A stretch of DNA of 64,000 nt, from NCBI GenBank assembly GCA_905178155.1, contig CAJINV010000014.1:964116-1028115 (forward strand), given 5' to 3'. Each line of letters begins with the position of its first letter. The first letter of the stretch is position 1. Positions 1-11,300 of this stretch are shown piece after piece. Both the position numbers and the translations under genes were made by a program. The notes beneath the pieces are model-generated. The model did not search any database. It was not told the DNA's origin and was given only the letters and a program-made list of their open reading frames with translations. This DNA is from Amoebophrya sp. A120 (Eukaryota > Protista > Dinoflagellata).

Positions 1-898
1 AGCACCTCGCGGTATTCACCGTGCTCCTTCTTCCGCTCCGCTTCGTTCTCCGCGTGGATCTTCTTGCTCTCCCGCAGCTCCGTTTGCAGCAGGCTGTCCT
101 CTTCCGCCAACTTCTCCAGATCGTTCTCCGCGGTCGCCTTCTCTGCCGAGGCAGTCACCAAAGTGGTTTCCGCGTCCGTGTAAATCTGGTTCTGTTCCGA
201 CAACGACGTCCCCAGGGTCTGCTGCTCCTGCCGGTGAAATGTGGTCCGTTCGGTGAGGTCCGCGGCGGCTTTTTTCCCGATGCCGTCCAGAATCTCGATC
301 ACCTTCTGGACCATGGCGTTCTTCTGGAGCACAACAAGACCACCTCCGTGCTGCTGCTGCTGCTGCTGCTGCCGCTGCCGAACAGCGGTCGTCGAACTGC
401 TGCTGCGGGAAGATTCGTCTGCATTTAGAAGTTGATGCAGTTGCAGTTTATGTTCCGCAGCTTCCATGCGCCCTTGCCTTTTCTCCACTACCAGGACAGC
501 GGTTGCCGGCACTATTACAGCATTGAAGTCCAGCAGTATAGTAGCCGTCGAAAAGATCGCTGCAAGAACTACCCTTGCTGCCAATGGGCAGCGAAGGGAG
601 GAGAATCGTAAAACGGAAAGCCACATCTTGGGTCCTCGTATCCGGCAGAATGCTAAGCACTTAGCTCGTGCGCACAAGAAGAACTTGTACGACTTTCTGC
701 ACAAGTGCTGCTACGCGCAGCAGGTGCGGTCTTGCGACCGGGACGCGGCCGCGAGCGTGTGTCGCGAGGAACCTTGGCGAATCTCACATCATTTAAAGAG
801 AAATTGGACGGCGGTCTGCTAGATTTGGACCGAGACGTTGACCTTTCTGGTAGCTGTTCTTTTGGAGATCACGAGTTCGTTGTGCATGCTGTGCCATG
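1..898 (-). CDS. partial coiled-coil protein (runs off the left edge of the window)
   Basis: Hand translation of the minus strand over ~470-1 is open: ...NAMVQKVIEILDGIGKKAAADL...LQTELRESKKIHAENEAERKKEHGEYREV, with heptad-like composition. The start near 898 is tentative. Confidence 0.6.
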
Positions 899-1273
899 CG
901 TAGTTGATTCAGTAGAAAAAGCACGAAAGTGAAACCACGACAAGGACTGCAGGGTAGATGAGACCGATGGAAAACTTGATTTTTTCAATCACGGATCTGG
1001 TTCACCATTTTCATAGCCTGCGAGCAAAAACCCATACTAGAATCGCTTTGTAGAAACATAGCGGCTCCCTCACAGTTTTCACCACTCTGTCTCTCCTAGA
1101 AAAATCACCAGAAATGCCACCACAGAACAGGCTCCGAAAAAGGATCAAAGATCGTGCATATACGTGCAATGTGGCAACTACAGTTCATCTGCTGGTACAG
1201 ATTAGTAGAAGAGAAATCAGCACAGCAATTTCACAGCGCCACCACTTCGTCATTTTCATTTGTTATAGTGCGT

Positions 1274-3723
1274 CTAGTTCGCGTTTCCAGCCAACAAAGT
1301 GGAAGACACCTGTTTCTGGTCCTTTTCCATCTGAAAGTGAATCTCCGCGCCGCCAACGTGCCTCGCAAAGTCGCTGTCAAACGCGACGCAGTACAGACAA
1401 AACTCCTTCCCGTCTGGGTGCCCGCCTTTTTCCAGCCCCGTGCGCAACACCGCCGCGTGGGGCCCCTGGTCGATTGCCTTCGCGGTCAGACAGACGGCGA
1501 CCCGGCCGGCGTGCTTGCCGATCCAGTTTACCAACTTGTGTCTCACCTCGGTGACTTGCTTGTGCACTCGGCTGGCCGCGCGAACACATCTCTCGCAGCC
1601 CGTGGTAAACTCCACCTCCCCCAGGTACCGGCTGAAGTTGTGCACGAGGGCGTCGTAGAGCACAAACACTTTCGCCGCCCCGCAAACGGCGCGTCGCCAC
1701 GTGCCCCTATTTCCGTTCGCATCCAGCGCGACCGTTACGAGCCGCTGCATCGCGAGGCGGGCGCGCTCGGCCGTCTGCTCCTTCGTCCGCTGCTCCTTCA
1801 TCGCGTTCTTTCGGAACACGCGCTCGGGCGCGGGAATGGCCGGGGGTTCGATCACGAGCAGCGCGCCCTCCTGGTCTGCGGTGGACACGCCCGAAGCGAG
1901 ACCGGCGATGATGGGCCTTGTTCTGTCCTCGGCTTGTTCTTCCATACTCAGCGCGCCACCAACGAAGGGGCGCGCGATTCTTTCCAAAATGTCCGCCGGA
2001 CCCACGTCAAACCACCACGCAAGTGGGCATCAAAGGCAAACTGCGTCAATTGCGTCTACGTCGGTACTAGCAGTGCGGAATGCGTGGTCATACCGCTGTG
2101 TACTGTTGAAAAATCATATGGGCCGCCACAAAGGCTACTTGCAATGCAAACCAAAGCCGCGTCTTTCTCTTTGTTTGGTCAAGTATGCAAAAATTGTTTC
2201 TGCGCGATAAATTTCTTTCTCATCACGTAACGGTACCATTCACAAAAACGCACGAGCTGTAAGCGCCTCCTGTACCGTCGACCCAAACGCAATGCTTTTC
2301 CCGGGCACCATAGCTGGCGCTTGACACGAACGCCGCCAAGCGTTTGGCAGTCTTCCAGATCGCCCGCGTGCTCCTGCGAAATCCGCACGCGCGGGCCGAC
2401 TATGAATTGCAACTATGTCTGGGTCTGGGACTTTGCTAGACTTGTGATGCAGGTTTTCCATGACCCATGTGATCTGTTGTAATGGAGGACCTAGCATGAC
2501 AGATTCCGTGAGATCACTACCATGCCTACCCTGCATGAGAAAGTGCCTCTCAACTTGATCAAAAGTGGACAGCATTTGGTAATCATGCAACAGAGATTTC
2601 TCCATGATTCAGATCTAGCATGACAAGTTCCAACCTTGCCGACCCAGACATTTTTGCACTGCATACCGACGTTCAGGAACCCCGCCGGCGCCTCGTCGCA
2701 CCGCTGGCCCCAGGCCGCCTCGATTCTCTCGAACGCCCCGGGCCGGGCGTAGCTGCCGGCGGTGGCCTCCCGCAGCAGCCTCAGGACCTCGCCCTCCTTC
2801 GCCCGTTGCTGCGCTTCCAGCAGGCCCTGCCGGACCACGCCGGTCACCCGGCTGGCGGCACGGCGCAGCGCACTCGCCACGGCTAGCCAAAAGTCCCGGT
2901 CTCGGCTCAGGCCAAAACCCGGAGAAGCATGCTGGTGCTCCATCTCGTTCCCGAAAAAGCGACACAAGGATCGCTTCTGATCCAGGGGTAGGATTTTCGC
3001 TACCAGTTCTAGCATTCGCCTGTTCGACTCCGACGTTGCCCGCGCTATCAAAGCCCGGACCCGCTTCGGACAGAAGCTTAATAGCTTCGGGTCGCCGGAA
3101 GTGTCAATTATCGAAGTGGTATTTGGATTTGCAGCTCCCCCAACTGGGGGTGTAGAAGTACTCCCTGGCTTCTGCTGCTGTGAAATCGGAAACCTCATCA
3201 GGCAGACAAGGACGAAGGAAACAACTTCGCTCGGCGATTGCATCACCCCCGACAGGATGAAGTCCACAACAATCTCGGCCATTTGCTCCGTGAGCGATTG
3301 GTGTCGCGCTCTGTTCGCTTCCTCTTCCGGAGTCGTCTTCGTGGTGGGCGTCGCGCTGCCTGCTCGTGCTGCTCCTGCTGCTGGCATTTTTGGCATTAGT
3401 TCTTGTTCTTTTCTTGCCTGCTCCCGAATCGGCGGCGAGACTGTCGTGGGCAATTCCGGGGCAGGATCAGAAGAGGTCTGCACACGCCTTTTCTTCGATT
3501 TTTTCTTAATCTTCTTCGTTTTTTTCGTAAGTTTCTTCGTTTCCTTAATTTTCTTCGTTCTCTTAATTTTCTTCGCTTTATGCCCTTTCTTCGCTCTCGT
3601 CTTCACTTGCTGCGCACTGTTCTTCATTTTTCTTTTTACTTTTTTCTTTCGCTTATGGGAGCCGTCCTCGCCTTTTGCATTTTGGAAAACGCATTTCTGC
3701 GGATGTATTTCCCTCTTGCCCAT
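1274..3723 (-). CDS. hypothetical protein with Lys-rich N-terminus, multi-exon (one introner)
   Basis: ORF 2491..3771 (...GFLNVG) joins ORF 2179..2412 (PRVRISQEHAG...) in frame after removing introner 2401-2665 plus one TSD. ORF 1274..2005 is the probable last exon. Confidence 0.65.
2401..2665. mobile_element. introner family A (TIR TATxAATGCAAxxATGTCTGGGTC)
   Basis: Left end TATGAATTGCAACTATGTCTGGGTC, right end GACCCAGACATTTTTGCACTGCATA, TSD CCGAC/CCGAC. Removal of 270 nt restores the frame. Confidence 0.93.
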
Positions 3724-5363
3724 CGAGCAAGAGAAGAATACACACGATGTGGGGAGGTCCACACAGACCATACTCGAACTTATGCAGTTTGTTGATTTTC
3801 GAATGTTATATAATCGTCAATCACTAGTTGTAGCAAGTTGCTGGATGAAGGAAATTGAGTAAGTACTTAGGTGTCAAAGCGTGAGTGAAGGTCAAGAAAA
3901 AACTAAGAGGTCTCGTTGCGCTTATCCGATTACACGATGAGATGTTCCGATCAAAAGAATAGATGACGAGGATCCGCCTATGATATGAGGGCGATCTCCG
4001 GCGGGAAGACGAGTTCAGTGCTCTGACAACAACACCACGTCATGTGTCTCCAGGGAAAGATCTTCCAGCAGCATCAACGAGTCGTAATTCTCGATCTCAA
4101 AGAATTACTAAGCCCCGAGCTTCATCATAACGACACAACAAGCACAAAGAGACACTTGGAACCCATCTTCTACTTCCGACAGTTTTCGTTTCTGTATTTC
4201 ACCGGGCTTCTTGTTCTTCACACCAGATCTCATGTCAGTTTGCTCTTTCTTCAAAAGAACCAGACGGATCATAGCATATTTCTAGGAGTTGCAGAGTTCC
4301 ATGCTTCATCAGCAAGCAGACACTTACTTGTTCTGTAAGGTTGTGTAGAACAGCATCTTCCTGAGTATGAACTCAACTGTCTGAAAGCACGGCGAGCTCG
4401 CCGACGGCGCTCGTTTCAATTGCTATCTTTTGCGTCGGAGAGAATCATGCGTAAAATGAGAAGTCAGGCTATGACATCAATCTAGCAGGTTCTTGTAACT
4501 AGTGGAGCTTTATTGTTGATCTTTCATGGCGTTGCGTGTCGCGTCGCGTCGCACCGCAATGCACTTGGCATTCTTCCTACTTGTTCACGTGATTCGATGA
4601 GCCACAGAAGGATGTTGGTTCTGCTCGTACTAGTATTTGTGTTTCTTGCACTACATCAATTGCTCTACATGATTTTGATTATGATATATGAAGAACGAGA
4701 AGCCAGTTGTAGCAAAACCAGTCACCGCACTTTTTGCACGGGGTACGTGCCATTCATGGTCGTGGTCGTGGTCGTGGGGTGCTGTCGCTCGAATCGCGTC
4801 ACGGCGTCGTGTGTCTTAGTCTTGTACGCTGGTGCTCCATTATGCATGACAAGCATCAACTTGTCGAATGCATAATTACCGCGCAGTTGCATGCCTTCCA
4901 GTCGTTACGGAACTACTGCTAGGACTAGGAGGGGGTCAGTGGTATGGGAATACAGGAACAAACAGGGGTAGAATTAGAAAGGTGGATGAATATCAAGTAC
5001 CTAACAAGCGGCGTTTTATGTGTACTGCCTAATTTGCGTTATGTTGATTTCTAATTTTTTGCGAAAAACTTATGACATTATGCTTAATCAAATGAAGTTG
5101 TTATATGTGAAAAGTTGTAAATTATGTCTCAAAATCTGCTTCAGGGGCTTTTTCTACAAAACGTCGATTTCCATTGTTGCCATGCCTACTGCGATTAATT
5201 TCCTTTTCGAATCTGAAAAACAAAAACTGCTTACTGTACTCAAGAAAAAAATATCAAAAAATTTGCGCAACGAAATTGTATCTTTTCAAACTAAATGCCT
5301 CTCAAAGTACTTCTAAACAAGCACAAACACTGTCACAACCACCGAAGATGAACTGGCACTTGG

Positions 5364-8300
5364 TCACATGTAGATCGCTTTTCGTTGCAAGTTCTGGATT
5401 TCCTTGATGAGCGACTCCGTGATTTTTTTCGCTTCCGCGCGGCTTTCCTCCAGTTTCTTCTGGTCCCCGGCGTTGGCCACCATGGCCAGCTGCCTGGACA
5501 GCCCGACCGCCTTGTCTTTCAGCGAAATCGCCTCTTCATCGGTCAACTGCACGTTGTTTCCGAGCAACAAGTTCGCCTGCGAGTGGAACAAGTTCGCCAG
5601 GGTCTCGGCCTGCGCCCTCCGGATTTTCCCGTTCACCTTGTTGCTATCGACCGTTCCGTTCGAAGCGATGTCCTCGTCGATCTCCTCCGCGATCATGTTG
5701 GCCAACGTTTTCGCCCGGTTCCACTCCGGGGACGCGGATTGCATCGCGAGCGTCGTGTTCATCGTGGTTTGCCTCGTGGACGGGGAATTATTGTTCTGCT
5801 GGTTCAGAACGCTGCCCGCGGTCTGCAGGGGCGCTGCGAGCGAGGTCCCTATCCCGGGCACGAACTGCGGACTGAACCCGGAAGTAGACAGGGCGGACGA
5901 CTGCTGCTCCTCCTGCAAGACCCTCATGCCCTGCATCGACATCCCGAAGTTGAACGCCCCGGCCACCGTGGCGTTGGCCACGCCGGCCATCGCGGAGCCC
6001 GACGCAGCCGTGGACTGCTGCGGACCGACGATGGACTGCGGCGGCCCGACGGCGGAGGGCGCGGTGGAACCACCTCCAGCCCCCGTTGTGGGGTAGCCGA
6101 GCGGCGCGATACTACCGCCTTGCACATTCTGCGTGGTGGTGGCGTTTTGGAGTTGCTCGAGCAAAAGCTGTGTTTTCATCGCGGCGTGCTGGAACTCGTC
6201 GCTGCCCGCGCCGCCGGTCGGCTGCCGCACGTCCACGTAGTGGCGCGGCTGGGACAGCAAGTTGTTCGCGATTTGGGACGTGGTGGCCGGGAGTTGGAAA
6301 TCAGCAGGGCCTGGCTGTTCATTACTTCTATCCTCCTCGGTTTTTCTTTCGCTGTGCTCGTTTTCGTGCGTGTGAAGGGACAAGCCCTGTTGCTCGAACT
6401 GCTTCCGGATCACGTCCCCCTCCCCCTCGTACAGGTCGTCCGCGACGATCTCCCGCACCGCTTCCTTCACGAGCTCCAGGTCGTGCAGCGCGTCGAACAC
6501 GATGGGATCCGCCACCCGGTTCGACTCCTCGCCCACTGCGTGCATCATGTCCGCGCAGAGGTCCTTCAACAGCTCGTCCGTCGGGGTTTCGACGGAGGAC
6601 CGCATGGTCTTGGCCATGAACGACTTCACCGAGAAGGCCCCCCGCAGCTTGGACCAGGCCATGTGCGCGTTGTGCTTGTTCTGCGCGAGGTGCTCGTTCT
6701 TCTCGTGGACGTGTTCTAACGCGTCGTTCACGACGTCCTCGCAGTGCTTCAGGTTCTGCGTCACGTCCTGCCCGGTCACCTTCGCCTGCATGTTCAGCTG
6801 CAGTTTCGTGCGCCCGAGGTTGTCCCGGATCCGGGACCACAGCATGTGGCTCGCCGCCGTGCCCGCCGTGGGTTCCTTCGCCCGCGGGTTCAACTTCGCC
6901 ACCACGCCCGCCTTCTTCACCGCGCGGTCCAGTTTCAGGCGGTAGCTGAAGTAGTCCTTCAGCAGGTCGAGTTTTTCCTTCGGCTTCGCACTAGACCGCA
7001 GCTCCTGCGGGGCGGTGGTTCTTTCCCGGCCGTAAAACAGCTGCGGGTTCTCCTCCGGGGGCAGCGGGGGCATCGACGTCTCCGTCTCCTGGTGCAACTG
7101 CTCCGGCGGCTGGAACAGATGCCCCTTCTCCACGGAGTCCAGCACCTGGTTGCGCAGGTGGTTCATCACGTTCGTCTTCGACTGCCGTTTCCGGTGGTCG
7201 TACACCTCGTGGCCCGGGATGGTGGAGTACTTCGGGACGGGGTTCTCCTGGTGCTTCTTCACGTGGTCTTTGTTTCCGTGCGTGTCCCGCCAGTCCACCT
7301 TCCGCCGGAAGTTCTTGCCGGGCTCTAAAGACCCCTCGGGGGACAAACTCGTGTCGATGGGTTCCTGCCCGCCCCAGTTGTTGTATCTCGTGTTCTCCAG
7401 ATTCTTCGGCCGGATCTTCATGGAGTGCTTCTCGATCAAGCGCATCACGTCGGGTGACGTGAAGGGCACGTGTTCGAAGGTGCTGTCCCCGCTGTCCGAC
7501 AGCTCCACGTCGGAGGGCATCGGCGCGTTCCCGTAGTTCACCAAGTCGATCGGGTTGGCGTTCACAAAGTCGATCTTGTGCGCGAAGTGCCGGTTCTTCC
7601 GCGACCCGTGCTGCCGGCTGTGGAGCGGCTGGCGGTGGTGCAAATGCGCGTGCTTGTCCAGCCCCTGGAGCTCCTTGTGGATCCGCGTGTGCCGGACCGC
7701 GAGGTGCTGCATCACGTCGTTCATGGCGGTGTGCACGGCGCCGATGTGCGCGTAGGACTCGAACGGCTGCGCCTTGTCGGCCGCCGCGGGGATGGCCGCG
7801 TTCATCTGCATGGCCGTCGCGCCGGGGGGGAGCCGCGGCTTCCCGGGCTCCGATCGGGACTGGTCGTCGCTGGACAGCCCGACGTCGTCCGATTCCTCCT
7901 CCGACCCACTCTCCCCGGGTCCGGACGAGTTCTCCTCGTTGATCTTTTTCGGCGCCCCGGCGGACACGTACTCGCCCTTGTTGGTCATTTGCCGCAGGTT
8001 CTTGTCGGCCGGCGTCGCGAAGCTTTCCGTGTCGCTGATGCCCCGCACCTTGGCCGCCTGGTTCACCTCGGCGTCCAGCTGCCCGGCGAGCCCGCTCGCG
8101 TTGGACGTCACCTCGATCATGTTGCCGGCGTTCTCGCCCTCCGCCTCCCCCCGCGGCTTCGGCTGGAACCCGCGCTTCTTCGCGAAGGAGCGAGAACCAC
8201 CCGACGAGGCGACGGAGGACGGCGGACCGGGCTTGGCACTAACAGCCGTTGGTGGCGGCGGAGCAGCGGCGTCTGCGGGAGGAGGAATGTCCTCCGGGGC

Positions 8301-11300
8301 CTGCTCGCCTTCTGCAACGAACAGGTAGGTGTTTGTTGTCGTTGTTATTCCAGCGAGTTGTTCTAATGTGGATTTAATATTTTCTTGCAGGGATGAAGCA
8401 ACTGCAGCTCCCGCACCTTTGGAAGACCTTTTCGACGAACTTGCTGCTGCACCCGAGGCCCTGCTCTTCTTTGCGACAGAATTAGAGGTCTTCTTGCTGC
8501 CCAGCAGTTTTGGTTCGATGGACGTCGTGGCACCAAAAACATTGCTGTTACTCGTACTGCTGCTCCAGCCGCGTCGCTTGGCGAACGTGCGGCTCGCGGT
8601 GCTGGAAGCGGACCGGATCGAGAGCGGCCAAACAAAATCTGGACTGGACGCTGCTGGTACAGCAGGAGCAGCTCCAGTGTCATTCCTAAAACCTTCTATA
8701 TCACCAGCCGGTCCCGCCTCTGTGGTGGAGAAGAGAAATGTTGTGTTCTGCTCCGCGTAGTTCCTCTTGCCGGATATTGAACTGGATCTACTTCGTGTTT
8801 TCTTCTTTTTATTCGCGGTGGTCCCAGCTTGTACACCTGCAGTCTGTTTCTCGTCCGACAGTACTAGAGATGCTGCTGCTCTTGCCGTGGTCTCAGTATG
8901 TTGATCCAAAATCCCTGATTGCTCTTGCTCAGTAGCACCACCAGCGATAGAGCTACTCCTGTCCAGGTGAACTTCCATGTCAAGAAAGCTGACATTCTGC
9001 TTCAGAAACTCTTCCTCCGAGCTGTCTCTTTCACTTCGCGAGCTCTCGGGGAAAAACATGGCCACAGGTTGGTTCTTCTGGTCTCCGCGACCGGAGCCTA
9101 GGTTCCCGCTGGACATAGCTCCTGTGTTGTTTGCGTTCTGCAGGTCCTTCGCCATTTTGTTTACCGTGTTTTTGTTGTTTTTATCCGACACTACATCCGC
9201 GGCGCCGGCGTTTCTCTGGTTCGATAAAGCCTGCTCCGGCTTTGTCATGATGCTATCTTCCGTGCTGTTTCCGACCAACTGCGCGCCGACGAGGTATCAA
9301 ATGCAAACATGTCTGGGTCTGGAAGAATGCAGGAGTTTGTCATGCAGATTTTGCATGACTCATGATGGCTGTGATGCAAGCCGTAGCATCACAGACTCTG
9401 CGAGGCCGAGGACTTTCTGATGCCCATACCGCATGAGAAATACCCTTTTCGCGTAGCAAAAAACTGGACCTTTTTTGCTGTTCATGCAATACAGATTTTA
9501 TGTAGAGTCCAAAGGTAGCATCACAGGTTGCATCCTTCCAGACCCAGACATTTTTACAATCCATACGAGGGCGGACTGGTTGATTTCCCGTTCCGTTTCC
9601 TTCGGCAGCACCACGTTTTCCGGCACTTTGAAGACCGAGTTCGGATCGTCCTGCATCGCGCGGTACACCGGGGTCATGTCGAGTAGCTGCTGCTTCTCGC
9701 TGCTCCCCGCCGCCCCGCCCGCCACGGACGAGACCGACCCGCGGTACGCCAACCCCGCGGTTCGCGGGGGGAACTGGGCAAACTTCAGTTCGCCGTCCAG
9801 GTTCGTCTTCAAAAGCGGCATGGGCGGCTGCTCCAGCTTCAGTCCCTGCGGCGGGAATTTGGCGAGCTGCTGCTGCAGCTGGTGGGACAGCATCTGCAGG
9901 TTCGGCTGCACGGCCGTGAACTTCTCGCTCTGTACCTTCGTCAAGGGGCCCATGTCCACGGCCGGCAAGTCTGGGACGGGGGACAGGCCGATGCTGGCCG
10001 AGTGGCCCGCCAGCTCGGACAGCGGTCCGAGTTCGATCGCTTGGTTCAAGGTCAAGGGCTCGTTCACCTGGTCGCTCATGCGCTTCCCCCGCGACAGGCT
10101 CTCCCGGCGCTTGATCCGCTCGTCCGCGGCCACTTTCGGATCAAGCTCGAACGCCGGCGCCGTCACGAGGCTGGTGTAGCGGGCAGAAGAAGTTCCTTTG
10201 CTCGACTTCGAAGATACGACATGCGCCAACTCCACCTGCGTGCCGTCCTCCAGCGTGACGAACAGCTTTTTCTTGTTCCCGGGCGCGTTTTTCAACGCGT
10301 CGATCTCTTCCAGATAGTTGCTTTCCTCCTCTTTGTTCATGGAGATCGCGTTTATCCGGACCTCGTCCTTCTTCACGTCGACCCCGGGTTTTTTCCCCTT
10401 GGTCGCCGTGTCGTAAAAGCTGGGGCCCGCGCCCTTCGCGCCGCCCTCCTTCGCCTGCTGCTGCTGTTTCTTCTTCTCCTGCCACAGCTTTTCCTCCTTC
10501 TCCATGCGCAGGCGGTGCTCAATCTCCTCCCGCAGCTGCTGCTCCTCGGACAGCGCCTCCAGCTGCCCGGGCAGCCCGACGGGCAAAATTTTCGTGTCGG
10601 TTTTCACGCCCGTCGGCGCGGCTAGCGCGTATCCTATGTAAAAACGTCCCCACACCAGAGTTGTCATGCAAATGTGCAATGACAGGAACATTTGTAATGC
10701 GCATCTCCTTGAGAGGCATTTCCAGTCGTGTTTTCCAATTTGTAATGCTGCAAACAGCATGAGCAAATGGCTTTCTCATGTGGCTTTCCTTGCTACCCTG
10801 CACTACACTGCAGTTGGAAGCTTGTCATGCAGAACTCCCAAAAGTTGGAGATTTGTGTTGCAGATTTCCCATCTTGACTATGGTGTGGGGACGTTTTTAA
10901 ATACGATAACGCGTTCGCGCTCATCTTTTCCCATATTACAATGAAAAGCGCCCCCCACCCCCAAAGTTGCAAAAATTTGTGATGCGAAGTTTCCAAATGG
11001 AAACTTTTTGTCATGCATGAAAGGAGTATGAATCTTTCTGATGCAGATCGTAGTCGTGTTTCGCATCGCTTGCATGAAAAGCACCGCTCTTACTGGGATC
11101 TTTTGCAATACAAATTCTTGCTATTCACGATCGGAAATCTGTGATGCTGATACATGCAAGAGGGCGAATGTTTCATTTGGAAAGGTTTGCAATACAAATG
11201 CTTTCAAGTTCGGGGGTGGGGGCATTTTTCATTTTAATATCCCACACGTCCTTCTTTTCCACTTTCTGTTTCTCCGCCCGCAGGTCCAGCGCCTGCGACG

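Noticed and set aside
3490-3650. Periodic T/C-rich tract
   Set aside because: It is the Lys-rich coding sequence of the minus-strand gene.
5385-8760. Long plus-strand ORFs (444, 298, 230 aa and others)
   Set aside because: They are antisense shadows of the GC3-rich minus-strand gene.
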